Shown in pieces: positions 53,295 to 63,945 of a DNA stretch of 64,000 bases. Position numbers and translations under genes: made by a program. Numbering within the stretch: position 1 is the stretch's first letter; every line of letters starts with the position of its first letter. The notes under the pieces were generated by a model that was not told the origin of the DNA, did no database searches, and saw nothing but the letters and a program-made list of their open reading frames with translations. The stretch is from an uncultured Desulfatitalea sp. (lineage in GTDB: Bacteria; Desulfobacterota; Desulfobacteria; Desulfobacterales; Desulfosarcinaceae), in assembly GCA_963668675.2 (NCBI GenBank), contig CAXXMB010000002.1:544001-608000 (forward strand). Reading direction: 5' to 3'.

Positions 53295-53831
53295 ATGACT
53301 GCGATGAGATTTTGCCTGTCTTGGTCGGCCACGGCCGCCCTGGCCCTCTTTTTACTTCTATATAGCTGTGCCGTACCACAGAAGATGTGGCCGCAAAAGG
53401 ATATGGCTGCATCCGAGATCGCCGGAGCAGCGAATGCACCCACTGTCCTCCTGGCTGCGCGGAGCAGCGAATTTAAGGTGGCCCTGGTGGAGCGGCTCGG
53501 ATCCATGATGGCCGCGGAGAACATTCGCCTGAAGATCGTGGGAGTCGAGGACTTGAAAACGGTCAATGGCGAGCAATACGATGCCGTCCTGGTGATCAGC
53601 ACATGCCTTGCATGGGGTTTCGACGAAGAGGTGCGATCCTTTATTGAACGCCATCCGAACCACGACAACATGATCTTCTTTACCACATCGGCGGCCGGCG
53701 ACTGGATGCCGGACAAGGAAGAGCTCAGCTACGATGCCATCTCTTCGGCATCCGAGCTGTCCGATGTGGAGAGCGCGGCCAGAAACATCATGTCCAGCGT
53801 CCATTCGGCAGTGAGACGTTCCTATCCCTGA
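53295..53831 (+). CDS. Putative lipoprotein (flavodoxin-like fold suspected)
   Basis: AGGAGG RBS; hydrophobic signal ending 'LYSC'; alpha/beta alternation. Confidence 0.65.
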   Translation: MTAMRFCLSWSATAALALFLLLYSCAVPQKMWPQKDMAASEIAGAANAPTVLLAARSSEFKVALVERLGSMMAAENIRLKIVGVEDLKTVNGEQYDAVLVISTCLAWGFDEEVRSFIERHPNHDNMIFFTTSAAGDWMPDKEELSYDAISSASELSDVESAARNIMSSVHSAVRRSYP

Positions 53832-53961
53832 TGAATGGTCATGACGTTTGTCACAGCATCACCCCGGTGCAGGCCAGGGTCCAGTCTTTCCAAGGGGTTC
53901 TGAATGCCTGATCGAGTCCGGCATGGCGCGTAAAAACCTTTTTGGAGTTCATAAAAACCAG

Positions 53962-55839
53962 CTAATCCTTTAGCTGGTCGAACTTGCAGCTCAGGGTGAG
54001 AGCCTCGCCGTCGAAGGTGGTCTTCACTTTGTAGGGAAGGGATTTGAAGAGCCGTATCATTGCCTGGTTGTGTGCGGCCGTGTAGGCCACCAGGCCGGAG
54101 ATCCCGTTCTCCCTGGCTGCGTGCGCAATTTTCTTTAAGAAGAGTTTGCCGAGCCCTTTGCCTTGGAACTCCTTGCTTATCGTAAAAGCCACTTCGGCCA
54201 TATTACTCTCAAGGAGCAGAAGATACTCGGCGACGGCCACCACCTTGTCGAAGCCCGACTCGCCGACGACCCCGATGAGGGTCATGTCCTTGATATAGTC
54301 GATCTGTGACTTGGTCTCCACCTCCCACCGCTCGAAGCTGGTCTTTTCGTGAAAGAAGCGCAGGAAGATATCGTCCTTGTCCAGTTGGTAGTAATGCTCC
54401 TGGATGCGGCGCTCGTCCACCGGTTTGGCCGGGCGGATGGTGATCGTCTCTCCTGCCACCACGATCTTGTCTTCCAAAAGGACCGGATAGACCGCTTTGG
54501 CCGCTTCTCCCAGTGTGCGTTCTGGGCCGACCAGCCCCGCCTCCTTGGCCGCCCCGAACAGCTCGTCGCGGAAGTCGGGATGTGCGATGCTGATCATGGC
54601 AATCACCCGCTCCTGCAGGCTCTTGCCGAAGAGGTTGACCACGCCGTACTCAGTGGCCACGTACTGGACATCGCCACGGGTCACGACCACCGCATCGTTC
54701 TGCATCGAGGGGATGATCCGGCTCTTCTTACCGTCCGCCGTCCTTGACCGCAGCATCAGGATCGATTTCCCGCCCGGGCTTCGACGCGCACCGCGCACAA
54801 AATCGCCGATGCCGCTGACACCGGCGTAGAGTGTTTGCGCCACCGCTTCGGAAGAGACTTGGCCGGTCAAATCGATGGCATTGGCGACGTTCAGGGAGAC
54901 CATGCGATTGTGCCGGCTGATAACGTAGGGATCGTTGACGTAATCCGAAGGATGAAACTCGATGGCCGGATTGTCGTGCAGAAATTCGTACAGCTCTGTG
55001 GAACCCAATGCCGCCGATGCGACCAGTTTACCCTCGTTGAAGCCCTTCATGCGGTTGGTGATCACCCCGATGGCATAAAGGTGCATGATGTCGTTGGTCA
55101 AATATTGAGAGTGAAACCCCAGATCGTTTTTCTGGGAGAGGGCCTGTACAGTCGCCTGGGAGTTGGCGTCCAATCCCACCTGCAGTGTAGATCCATCTTC
55201 GATCAGTCGCGAAATATGGCGGCCGATCCACGTTGCGATCTCCGATCGCGGCGCTGTCTCGATGGTCAGCAGTTCCTCATCGTGTTCGACAATGCAGTCC
55301 ACATCATTGACGTGAATAAAACTGCGGCCCATGACGCGCGGCATGCGCGGGTTGACCTGGGCTATGACCGTATGGGCCGAAGAGGCGGCCGCCTGGGTCA
55401 CATCCACGGAAATGCCCAGGCTCATCCAGCCAAAGTCGTCCGGCGGCGAAACCTGGATGAGCGCCACATCGATGGGCAGTTTACGGCTTTTGAACAGCCT
55501 GGGAACATCGGAGATGTTCATGGGGGTGACGAAGCGCAGATTGCGGGCGAAATGTTCCGAACGTGCAGACCCCAGATAGATCTGTCGAATGCTGAAGTTG
55601 GTATCGTAGGTCTTGTTGGCGATCTCGGTCAGGGGGGCGCTCTCATGGGACATCATGCGAATGATCTCCAGGCCGGTGAATTTATGGGCCTGCTCTGCCA
55701 GCGCGCTGACCAACACCTGCGGCTCCCCACAGGCCGATCCGATGAAGACCCGCTGCCCGGAGTGGATCCGTTGAATGGCCTGCGGTGCACTCTGCCGCTT
55801 TTCAAGATAGTTATCCGCCCAATAAAGCGACTTGGCCAT
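53962..55839 (-). CDS. Acetyl-CoA hydrolase/transferase domain fused to GNAT acetyltransferase
   Basis: 'VSPPDDFGWMSLG', 'NPRMPR', 'IDLTGQ', 'DFVRGA', 'ATEYG', 'IAHPDFR'; C-terminal 'AEVAF...FQGKGLG'. Confidence 0.9.
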   Translation of the reverse strand: MAKSLYWADNYLEKRQSAPQAIQRIHSGQRVFIGSACGEPQVLVSALAEQAHKFTGLEIIRMMSHESAPLTEIANKTYDTNFSIRQIYLGSARSEHFARNLRFVTPMNISDVPRLFKSRKLPIDVALIQVSPPDDFGWMSLGISVDVTQAAASSAHTVIAQVNPRMPRVMGRSFIHVNDVDCIVEHDEELLTIETAPRSEIATWIGRHISRLIEDGSTLQVGLDANSQATVQALSQKNDLGFHSQYLTNDIMHLYAIGVITNRMKGFNEGKLVASAALGSTELYEFLHDNPAIEFHPSDYVNDPYVISRHNRMVSLNVANAIDLTGQVSSEAVAQTLYAGVSGIGDFVRGARRSPGGKSILMLRSRTADGKKSRIIPSMQNDAVVVTRGDVQYVATEYGVVNLFGKSLQERVIAMISIAHPDFRDELFGAAKEAGLVGPERTLGEAAKAVYPVLLEDKIVVAGETITIRPAKPVDERRIQEHYYQLDKDDIFLRFFHEKTSFERWEVETKSQIDYIKDMTLIGVVGESGFDKVVAVAEYLLLLESNMAEVAFTISKEFQGKGLGKLFLKKIAHAARENGISGLVAYTAAHNQAMIRLFKSLPYKVKTTFDGEALTLSCKFDQLKD

Positions 55840-55894
55840 GACATGTCTCCCTGTGTGTAATGCTAGGCGTTCTTTTATCCCATCGTGATTTGGA

Positions 55895-58051
55895 TCATTC
55901 CGGCGCCACCTTTTCAAGAATGAATCGGCAATCCGCCACGGTGGCGCCTTGTCCCTCAGGATGCACCAACAGCGGGTTGATGTCCAGCTCTTTGATCTCC
56001 GGGTTGTCCCACACCAGATCGGACAGGGAGACCAGCATCTTCTCCACAGCAGCCTGGTCGGCCTTGGGATTGCCGCGGAACCCGTTCAGGAGGACAAACC
56101 CCTTGATCCCGCGCACCATCGATCGTGCGCTGTTGCGGTTCATGGGCGCCAAACGGAAGGTGACGTCCTTGAACACCTCGACCATCACACCGCCCGACCC
56201 GAACATCAACAGGTGGCCGAACTTGTCGTAGCGGTTGGCCCCCAGGATCACCTCCTGACCTTTGGGCGCCATCTTCTGCACCAGCACGCCGTCAATGACC
56301 GCCTTGGGATCATAGGCCTCGGCAGCGGCCACAATTTCGCCAAACGCCAGCTCCACCGCTCCGGCATCGGCCAAATTGACCTTCACCCCGCCGGCATCCG
56401 ACTTGTGGACGATCTGATCGGAAACGATCTTCAACACCACGGGATATCCCATGCCGTCCGCCTCTTTGACGGCGTCGGCTGCCGTTTTGGCCAGGACGGT
56501 GGGCAGAACGTTAAAACCGTATGCATTCAACAGATGAACGCCGGCCAGCTCGCCAAGATAGGTTTTGCCGGCCGCCAGGCTCGCTTCGATGATCTCCCGA
56601 GCGGTAGCCTTGTCGTGGTTGAATTTGTAGGGGGCCAACTCCTGGCGGTTGAGCCATTTGGAGTAGCGATAGATGGCACCGAAGGTCTTGGCGGTCTGCT
56701 CGGGAAAGGAGTAGACCGGCACACCGTTCTCCTGTAAATACTTTACGCCGGCGGAGACGTCTATGATCCCCATGAAGCAGCACAAAATCGGTTTGTGGGA
56801 GCGCTTGGCAATGCGGACGATGGCCTCGGCCGTGCCGATGGCATTGGTCATGGATTGGGGCGTCAAAATCACCAGGGCGCCGTCGACCCCTTCGTCTCGG
56901 ATCACGGCATTGAGAGCGCTCTCGTACCGGTCCTGGGCGGCATCACCGATGATATCCACCGGGTTGTGCACATTGGCGGTGGCCGGCAGGTGGCTCTTGA
57001 GCGATTCGATGGTGTCTTCATGGAACCTGGCCAGCTCGAGGCCAGACACCACGGTCATGTCGGTGGCCACGATACCGGGGCCGCCAGCGTTGGTGACGAT
57101 GGCCACCCGGTTGCCATTGGGTACTTTGCGACGCATCTTGCCCATGGCGTTTTCGTTCTTGTAGGCGAAGGCGATGGCGAAATCGAACAGCTCGTCGATC
57201 CCCTCCACCCGGATAATTCCCGACTGTTCGAAGATGGCATCGTACACTGCTTCGGAGCCTGCCAGGGAGCCGGTGTGTGAAGCGGCCGCCTGGGCGCCGG
57301 CACTGGTGCGCCCCGACTTGATGACCAGAATCGGTTTGGGACGGTCCCCGCCGGTGATCTCCTTGGCAATCTTGATGAACTCCTGCCCTCGATGGAGCTC
57401 CTCCAGATAGATCATGATCACTTCCGTGTCCGGATCGTTGCGGAAATACTTGAGCAGGTCCACCTCGTCTACGTCGGCCTTGTTGCCGATGGATATAAAT
57501 TTAGAAAAACCGAAATCGCGGTCGGCGGCGAAATCGAGAACGGCCGTGCACAACGCGCCGCTTTGGGAGATGAACGACACGTTTCCCGCCTTGGGCATTC
57601 GGGCGGAGAAACTGGCGTTGAGCCTTACATTGTCCAGTGGGTTGATCACCCCCAGGCAGTTGGGGCCGACCACACGCACGTTGTGTTCACGGCACATCTT
57701 CACGATCTGTTTCTCGATCTCCAGCCCCTCACCGCCGACCTCTTTGAATCCGGCCGAAACGATCACAATGCCTTTGACCCCTTTGTCGATGGCCTCCTGG
57801 ATGGCGCCGATGGCCAGTTTGGGAGGTAGGATGATCATGGCAAGGTCGAGCGGATAGGGAATATCGCTGATGCTCGGATAGGCCCGCACCGAGGAGACGG
57901 ATTCGGCGCTGGGATTGACCGGGTAGAGGACGCCGCGGTAGCCGCCTTTTAAAATGTTGACAAAAATATCATGCCCCACCTTTCCCGGAGTTGTCGAAGC
58001 ACCCACTACAGCCACGGATTGTGGTGAAAATATGGCATCTAAATCGATCAT
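55895..58051 (-). CDS. ADP-forming acetate/acyl-CoA ligase (alpha-beta fusion)
   Basis: 'VAVVGAS', 'GPNCLG', 'SQSGAL', catalytic 'ASHTG', 'TNAGG', ATP-grasp 'HKSDAGGV', 'DINPL'. Confidence 0.93.
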   Translation of the reverse strand: MIDLDAIFSPQSVAVVGASTTPGKVGHDIFVNILKGGYRGVLYPVNPSAESVSSVRAYPSISDIPYPLDLAMIILPPKLAIGAIQEAIDKGVKGIVIVSAGFKEVGGEGLEIEKQIVKMCREHNVRVVGPNCLGVINPLDNVRLNASFSARMPKAGNVSFISQSGALCTAVLDFAADRDFGFSKFISIGNKADVDEVDLLKYFRNDPDTEVIMIYLEELHRGQEFIKIAKEITGGDRPKPILVIKSGRTSAGAQAAASHTGSLAGSEAVYDAIFEQSGIIRVEGIDELFDFAIAFAYKNENAMGKMRRKVPNGNRVAIVTNAGGPGIVATDMTVVSGLELARFHEDTIESLKSHLPATANVHNPVDIIGDAAQDRYESALNAVIRDEGVDGALVILTPQSMTNAIGTAEAIVRIAKRSHKPILCCFMGIIDVSAGVKYLQENGVPVYSFPEQTAKTFGAIYRYSKWLNRQELAPYKFNHDKATAREIIEASLAAGKTYLGELAGVHLLNAYGFNVLPTVLAKTAADAVKEADGMGYPVVLKIVSDQIVHKSDAGGVKVNLADAGAVELAFGEIVAAAEAYDPKAVIDGVLVQKMAPKGQEVILGANRYDKFGHLLMFGSGGVMVEVFKDVTFRLAPMNRNSARSMVRGIKGFVLLNGFRGNPKADQAAVEKMLVSLSDLVWDNPEIKELDINPLLVHPEGQGATVADCRFILEKVAPE

Positions 58052-58109
58052 GGTTGACCTTTCTAAATAACAAAAGTTTATATTTAAAGTTAAATTATTA
58101 TGTTAAAAC

Positions 58110-58366
58110 AGTATGAAAGCAGGAAAGTGGAAAGCATGAAAGTTAAGTGATTTTGTCATTATACCCGAGATTAGCACGGCGATTCATCAGGTGAACATTC
58201 GTCATCCCGGGATCGATCCGGCATCCGGCGACCACATGGTCGGCACTAAAATTTCAACCTGTTAGCGAACCACGCACATGGTATCGGCCAAATAGAAATA
58301 GGCAGAATTCCTCAACTTTCATACTTTCTTACTTTTATACTTTCCACTTTCTTACTTTGATACTTA
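58110..58366. repeat. Inverted pair of degenerate 7-9-mer arrays enclosing a REP-like half-element
   Basis: GAAAG(T/C)-rich array at 58110-58149 and ACTTTCAT ACTTTCTT ACTTTTAT ACTTTCC ACTTTTCTT ACTTTGAT at 58315-58366; GTCATCCCGGGATCGATCCGG at about 58201. Confidence 0.65.
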
Positions 58367-58424
58367 ATTCTTTGACCGTCTATTAACTATCGGCTCTCTT
58401 TCCTTCCCGGATTAGCGCTGCAGG

Positions 58425-60032
58425 CTACAGGAGCCCGTTAAAAAAATCGTTCCCTTTGTCATCGACGAGGATGAAAGCCGGGAAATCCTTGACCGTAATC
58501 TTATAGATCGCCTCCATGCCAAGTTCCGGGAACTCAATCAGCTCCATGTGGGTGATGCACTCCTTGCCCAGACGTGCCGCCGGCCCCCCGATGGATCCCA
58601 GATAGAAGCCGCCGAACTTCTGGCACGCATCGGTCACCACCTGGGAGCGGTTGCCCTTGGCCAACATCACCATGGAGGCACCTTGGGCCTGAAACAGCGG
58701 GACATAGGGATCCATGCGACCCGCCGTGGTGGGGCCGAAGGAGCCCGAGGCGTAACCGTCAGGCGTTTTGGCCGGCCCCGCATAGTAGACGATGTGGTCC
58801 TTTAAGTATTGGGGCAGCCCCTGGCCGCTGTCCATGCGCTCTTTGAGTTTGGCGTGGGCGATGTCGCGCGCCACGATCAGGGAGCCGCTCAACAGCAGGC
58901 GGGTGGCCACCGGGTACTGGCTGAGGATCGACCGGATGGTGTCCATGGGCTGGTTCAGATCGAGGCGGACGGCCTCTCCGCCATCCTCTACGGCTTCCGG
59001 CAGAAAGCGGGCCGGATCGGTCTCCAATTGCTCGAGGAAGATGCCCTCGGCCGTGATCTTGGCCTTGATGTTGCGGTCGGCGCTGCAGCTGACGCCAATG
59101 CCGATGGGACAGGAGGCACCGTGGCGGGGCAGGCGGATGACGCGCACGTCGAGGCAGAAATACTTCCCACCGAATTGGGCACCGATGCCCAACTGCCGGG
59201 AGCGCTCGAGCAGTTCCGCTTCAACGGCCGTATCGCGAAAGGCGTGGCCGCTGTCACTGCCCTGGGTTGGCAGGTAATCCAGGTACTTGGCCGAGGCCAG
59301 CTTGACGCTCTTCAAATTGAGCTCCGCCGAAGTGCCCCCAATGACCACGGCCAGATGGTATGGCGGGCAGGCGGCGGTGCCCAGGCTCTTCATCTTTTCA
59401 ACCAGATAGGAGATCAGCGTATCGGGTGACAGCACCGCCTTGGTCTCCTGGTACAGATAGGTCTTGTTGGCCGAGCCGCCCCCCTTGGCCAACATCAGAA
59501 AAGAGTAAGCGTCGCCATCAACGGCGTACAGCTCGATCTGGGCGGGTAGATTACAACCGGTGTTCTTCTCGGCATACATGGTCAACGGTGCATTCTGGGA
59601 ATAGCGCAGATTACAGCGTGTATAGGCATTGTAAACGCCTTCGGAGAGGGCCGCTTCGTCCTGCCCACCGGTCCACACCCGCTGCCCCTTCTTGCCGATA
59701 ATAATGGCCGTGCCTGTATCCTGGCACATGGGGAACTCCCCCTCGGCGGAGATCACCGCATTCTTGAGCATCTCCAAGGCCACAAAGCGGTCGTTGGCCG
59801 AACTATGGGCGTCCTCCAGAACCTGTGACAATTGCGTCAGGTGGCCGGGTCGGTAGTAGTGCGACACATCCGTGAAGGCCTGTTCGGCCAACAGGGTCAA
59901 CCCTTGCGGCGCCACCTTCAGAATCTGACCACCTTCAAACGGCACTTGGGCAACATGATCGCCGGTCAGGCGGCGATAGGGTGTAGCATCCTCTGCCAAC
60001 GGAAACATGGGCTGGTAGGCAAACGGCGTCAT
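58425..60032 (-). CDS. fumA: Class I (Fe-S) fumarate hydratase
   Basis: 'CQDTG', 'KGGGSANK', 'GTAACPPY', 'LPRHGASC', 'SCSADR', 'GPTTAGRMD'. Confidence 0.95.
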   Translation of the reverse strand: MTPFAYQPMFPLAEDATPYRRLTGDHVAQVPFEGGQILKVAPQGLTLLAEQAFTDVSHYYRPGHLTQLSQVLEDAHSSANDRFVALEMLKNAVISAEGEFPMCQDTGTAIIIGKKGQRVWTGGQDEAALSEGVYNAYTRCNLRYSQNAPLTMYAEKNTGCNLPAQIELYAVDGDAYSFLMLAKGGGSANKTYLYQETKAVLSPDTLISYLVEKMKSLGTAACPPYHLAVVIGGTSAELNLKSVKLASAKYLDYLPTQGSDSGHAFRDTAVEAELLERSRQLGIGAQFGGKYFCLDVRVIRLPRHGASCPIGIGVSCSADRNIKAKITAEGIFLEQLETDPARFLPEAVEDGGEAVRLDLNQPMDTIRSILSQYPVATRLLLSGSLIVARDIAHAKLKERMDSGQGLPQYLKDHIVYYAGPAKTPDGYASGSFGPTTAGRMDPYVPLFQAQGASMVMLAKGNRSQVVTDACQKFGGFYLGSIGGPAARLGKECITHMELIEFPELGMEAIYKITVKDFPAFILVDDKGNDFFNGLL

Positions 60033-60216
60033 CTCTCTGCTCCTCCGGCGTCTTCACGCGCCTGGCGAATCGACGTACCGCATCCCCAGGCCGCAGTTCA
60101 TAAAGAAGCGTTAATTTAGTGGCATTCGCCAAAGGAAGTCAAGACGATTGGTGACGGCCGGCCGGTGGCGTTGCTGATCCTCCAGTCGCAAAAAAAGGGT
60201 CTGCCAGAACGCGGTT

Positions 60217-62694
60217 TTAAAAAAGCGTCGGACGGCAGCTCTCAACTTGGTAACGATGGCCGTCGGTGGTGATCTCGATAGCGCCGCAATGATCGGTACG
60301 CCAGAGACGGCAGTTGGAGGTGCGAAACCGTTCGAGCACCTCGTGGTGCGGGAAGTGGAATCGATTGCGCCACCCTGCCGACACAACCGCTTCGCGGGGC
60401 TGCACGGCTCGAACCAATGCCGGCGAGCTCGACGTGCGGCTGCCGTGGTGCGGCACCATCAGGATGGTGCTGCGGAGGCGCTCAGCCCCCTGTTCCGTCA
60501 CCAATTCAGCCTCGGCCGGCCGCTCGATGTCGCCGGTGAAGAGAAAAGAGACGTTACCCCAGGCGACCCTCACCACCAGAGAGTTGTTGTTCTCATCCCG
60601 CCAGGAGGGTGCATGTGGGAGCTTTGCAAAATCGCTCGGCGGCCCCAGAATCTCGAAACGGACACCGGCCCGCTGGTTTTGGCGTGGCAGCTCATCAAAG
60701 GGCACATGGTATAATTTCCGCCTCTTGATGATCTCCTGCCATTGCCGGTATCCCATGGTGGACGCCTTCTCATGATTGCTCCAAACCTCCCCGACGTCGA
60801 AGTGGCTGAGGATGTAAAGCAGACCGTTGAGGTGGTCGCTGTTGGGATGGCTCAAAATGACCAGGTCGACACGCTTGATCTTGTTGCGCCACAGCAGGGG
60901 AGCCAGGATGCTACGCCCGACATCGAAGGTAGACGCATCGCTGAACCCGCCGCCGTCTATCAGAACTATATATCCATCCGGCAACTGGAGCAGATTCGCA
61001 CTGCCCTGGCCCACATCGACCGCCGTCACGATCATCCGATCTTCAGCGAACCGGCGCTGGTGCCAGTAAATGGCATCGATCGTTGCGGCCAGGATCAACA
61101 TGCCGAGGAGGACCGAACGAAAACGGATGCGCTTCCAGAAAAAGAGAAGCGCCAGCGCAAAGTAAAAGAGCGCCATCTCCGCCAGGGTCGGCGTCACTGC
61201 AGTAAAAGCCACCGCCTCGACCCCTGAGAGCCCCTGCACGAACCAGAGCACGGCGCGCAGCCCCCAGGCGGCAACCTGCCACAACATCGCCGCGCCAGCG
61301 AGACTCACCGGTGCACACAGTGCCCCGGACAGAGCGGCTGGCAGCACGAGAATGCCGATCAGGGGAACGACGAAGAGGTTGGAGAGCGGCCCCACCCAAG
61401 CCACAAGGTTGAAATAGCGCATGACCAGGGGCAGGGTTCCGACCATGGCCAGCAGTGAGACCCATAAGAGCGCAGCCACCTTCGATACCCAGCGTCGCCA
61501 GCTCGGCATATCGCCAAGCCGCGACAACTCGGGTACGGCGTTGATGCCGAGCAGTATGGCCCAAACCGCAGTAAATGAGAGTTGAAAGGAGACGCTCAGC
61601 AGCGCTGGCGGCGTACAGACGATGATGGTCAGGGCCGCCACGGCAAGCACATTGGGCCAGTTGTAGAGCCGACCCACCCAGAAGCCGGCTATAAAAACGG
61701 CCACCATCATCACCGCCCGCTGGGTCGATGGAGAGAAGCCGGATAGAAAACCGTAGGCCAGTACCGGTGCGAAGCCCAATGCGGCGGAACCTCTTAAGAC
61801 CCACAAACGGTTTAACGCGACGGGTATCCGCACCAGCAACAGACGAAACAGCAGCATGGCAGCCGCCGCTACCATGCCGATATGCAGGCCGGAGATGGCC
61901 AGCACATGGCTCACCCCCACCCGGCTGAAGGCCTCCCTCAGTTCCCGGGAGATACCCGAACGATCTCCCAGGGTAAGGGCTTTCATCAGAGCAACCACCT
62001 CTGCCGGATGCCGCTGCAACGCCGCTTCCATCATTGCGGCCAACGCACCCCGCAAGTGATCCAGGCGCTGCCGCCAACCCTTCTGACCGGACACCTTCAC
62101 GCGGATGCGCTCGCCTTGGGCGTAGAGCCGGCAGCGGATACCCTGCAACGCCATGTAACGTTCGTAGTCGAACCCGCCCGGATTGCAGAAATTGCGAACC
62201 CCATGCAGGTGGCCGCTGAGCGTTACCACGTCTCCCCGGGAGAGGTGGGGAAACCGCCCCCTGGCCGTTATCTGGATGTCGCCCTTTACCGTCAGGGAAA
62301 GATCACCCTGTTGCAGTTGCCGGGCAACAAGTACAAAACGCAGTCGCTGCTGTTTGATCCCCGGCTGATCGCGCACCACACCGGTCACCTGCCACTTGCC
62401 CTGATCGACGAACTGCGCGACATGGTGATCCGGCAGCTCACATATGAGCCAGGGTTGGATCGACAAGTATGCGGCGACTACGCAGAAAAGCAGCGGAACA
62501 ACCAGCATTGGCCGCCTTTTCCAACGGCACCAGGCTGTCAGTGCGGCGAGCAGCACAAAAGCCGCCGCCGCCCGAGAGGATTGCCCCGGATATCGGGCGC
62601 CTATAGAGATACCAACGATTACGGCGATGGCGATGGGAATGAAGGGCCGGATAAATTCGGGACGGCAGTTTCTTTTTCGAAAAAGCTCGACCAA
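60217..62694 (-). CDS. comEC: DNA uptake competence protein ComEC/Rec2
   Basis: 'NPGGFDY', 'HVLAISGLH', 'SFQLSF', 'DVGQG', 'SHPNSDHLNG', 'PHHGSRTSS', 'RTD..GAI'; start uncertain. Confidence 0.95.
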   Translation of the reverse strand: MVELFRKRNCRPEFIRPFIPIAIAVIVGISIGARYPGQSSRAAAAFVLLAALTAWCRWKRRPMLVVPLLFCVVAAYLSIQPWLICELPDHHVAQFVDQGKWQVTGVVRDQPGIKQQRLRFVLVARQLQQGDLSLTVKGDIQITARGRFPHLSRGDVVTLSGHLHGVRNFCNPGGFDYERYMALQGIRCRLYAQGERIRVKVSGQKGWRQRLDHLRGALAAMMEAALQRHPAEVVALMKALTLGDRSGISRELREAFSRVGVSHVLAISGLHIGMVAAAAMLLFRLLLVRIPVALNRLWVLRGSAALGFAPVLAYGFLSGFSPSTQRAVMMVAVFIAGFWVGRLYNWPNVLAVAALTIIVCTPPALLSVSFQLSFTAVWAILLGINAVPELSRLGDMPSWRRWVSKVAALLWVSLLAMVGTLPLVMRYFNLVAWVGPLSNLFVVPLIGILVLPAALSGALCAPVSLAGAAMLWQVAAWGLRAVLWFVQGLSGVEAVAFTAVTPTLAEMALFYFALALLFFWKRIRFRSVLLGMLILAATIDAIYWHQRRFAEDRMIVTAVDVGQGSANLLQLPDGYIVLIDGGGFSDASTFDVGRSILAPLLWRNKIKRVDLVILSHPNSDHLNGLLYILSHFDVGEVWSNHEKASTMGYRQWQEIIKRRKLYHVPFDELPRQNQRAGVRFEILGPPSDFAKLPHAPSWRDENNNSLVVRVAWGNVSFLFTGDIERPAEAELVTEQGAERLRSTILMVPHHGSRTSSSPALVRAVQPREAVVSAGWRNRFHFPHHEVLERFRTSNCRLWRTDHCGAIEITTDGHRYQVESCRPTLF

Positions 62695-63140
62695 TTGGAT
62701 CCTATAAAAACGCTATGGGTAAGTGACTCAACTTTCGGGTTTCGCGACGTCTTCATATGGAGGCGAGTATAGTGGGCGGCCTGCACCTCTTCAGCATTGC
62801 GTTTCATTGGCGCTTAGCGTCAGTGGAAGACCAGCACCTCGGACTCGCCGGATTCTGAATCCCGAACGTTGCGTAAGTAATTTGTCTTTCGTCGTCGGGC
62901 CGTCGCCGGTTCGGCGGCAGCCAAGCCCGTCATTAGCGAAGATGGGTAAGCAATTGGAGAGAAGCGTTCAACGGGCATTATTTTTCAGGAAAACCGGCAA
63001 AATAATAGATAAAAAGCGGGCGCGTGTCAATGCCGCTTTCCCCTGGCGGCGACCACCGCCATCAACCTTGACCTGGTGCATCTTTTCTGGCAGCATGCGG
63101 AAAGCATTACGATTTCATAAAGGAAGCGTTTTAGAAGAGA

Positions 63141-63773
63141 ATGAGAGTAGAGCAGATCAAACTCAGCCGGATGAAGACCTTTTGCTACCTCGTCGGAGAC
63201 GAGGCCAGCGGCAGCGCCGCACTGATCGATCCCGCCTTCGACGTACCCAGCATACTGGAGACGGCAACCAAAGCAGGCTATACGATCACCCATGTCATCA
63301 ACACCCACCACCATGCCGACCACACGGCCGGCAACCTGGAAATTATCAAAGCCACCGGAGCAAAACTGTGCATCCATAAGAATGATGCGGCGGCCCTGAC
63401 CAAAATTGCAGGCAAGGCCTTTGCGCGCATGCTGGGAGGCAAGGGATCTCCGCCGCCGGACTTTCAACTGAACGATGGCGATCTCCTGCGCATCGGCGCC
63501 ATCGAATTGAGGGTATTGCACACCCCCGGCCACACGCCTGGCAGCATTTGCCTCCACACGCCCGGCCATCTCTTCACCGGCGACACCCTCTTTGTGGGCG
63601 CCGTCGGCCGAACCGATCTGCCAGGAGGTAACACCAGACAACTCATCACCGCCATCCGAAACCGGCTCTACACACTTCCCGACGCTACCATCGTCTGGCC
63701 TGGCCACGACTACGGTGATAGGCCATCGTCCACCATCTTCTACGAAAAAAACAACAACCCGTTCACGCGCTAA
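63141..63773 (+). CDS. MBL-fold metallohydrolase (glyoxalase II-like)
   Basis: 'THHHADH', 'HTPGHTPG', 'TGDTLF...GRTDLPGG', 'PGHDYG'. Confidence 0.92.
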   Translation: MRVEQIKLSRMKTFCYLVGDEASGSAALIDPAFDVPSILETATKAGYTITHVINTHHHADHTAGNLEIIKATGAKLCIHKNDAAALTKIAGKAFARMLGGKGSPPPDFQLNDGDLLRIGAIELRVLHTPGHTPGSICLHTPGHLFTGDTLFVGAVGRTDLPGGNTRQLITAIRNRLYTLPDATIVWPGHDYGDRPSSTIFYEKNNNPFTR

Positions 63774-63945
63774 CCACTATTTAGCCCATTTAAAGGTTGT
63801 ACATGGGTTGATCACACATTATAGTTAGTGGTTTGAGTCCTTCGGGCCAAAAATACAATACTGAGTGGTTGTTGGTCGGAGCTTCGGGGAGACGGCCTTG
63901 TCAGGCGTCCATCGACCAATTTACCCCTCCAAAAAGGCGGTCACT

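Noticed and set aside
62723..63140. 218-aa ORF or an RNA gene in the comEC-MBL gap
   Set aside because: The ORF overlaps the MBL gene out of frame with no motifs; no tRNA cloverleaf or recognisable ncRNA
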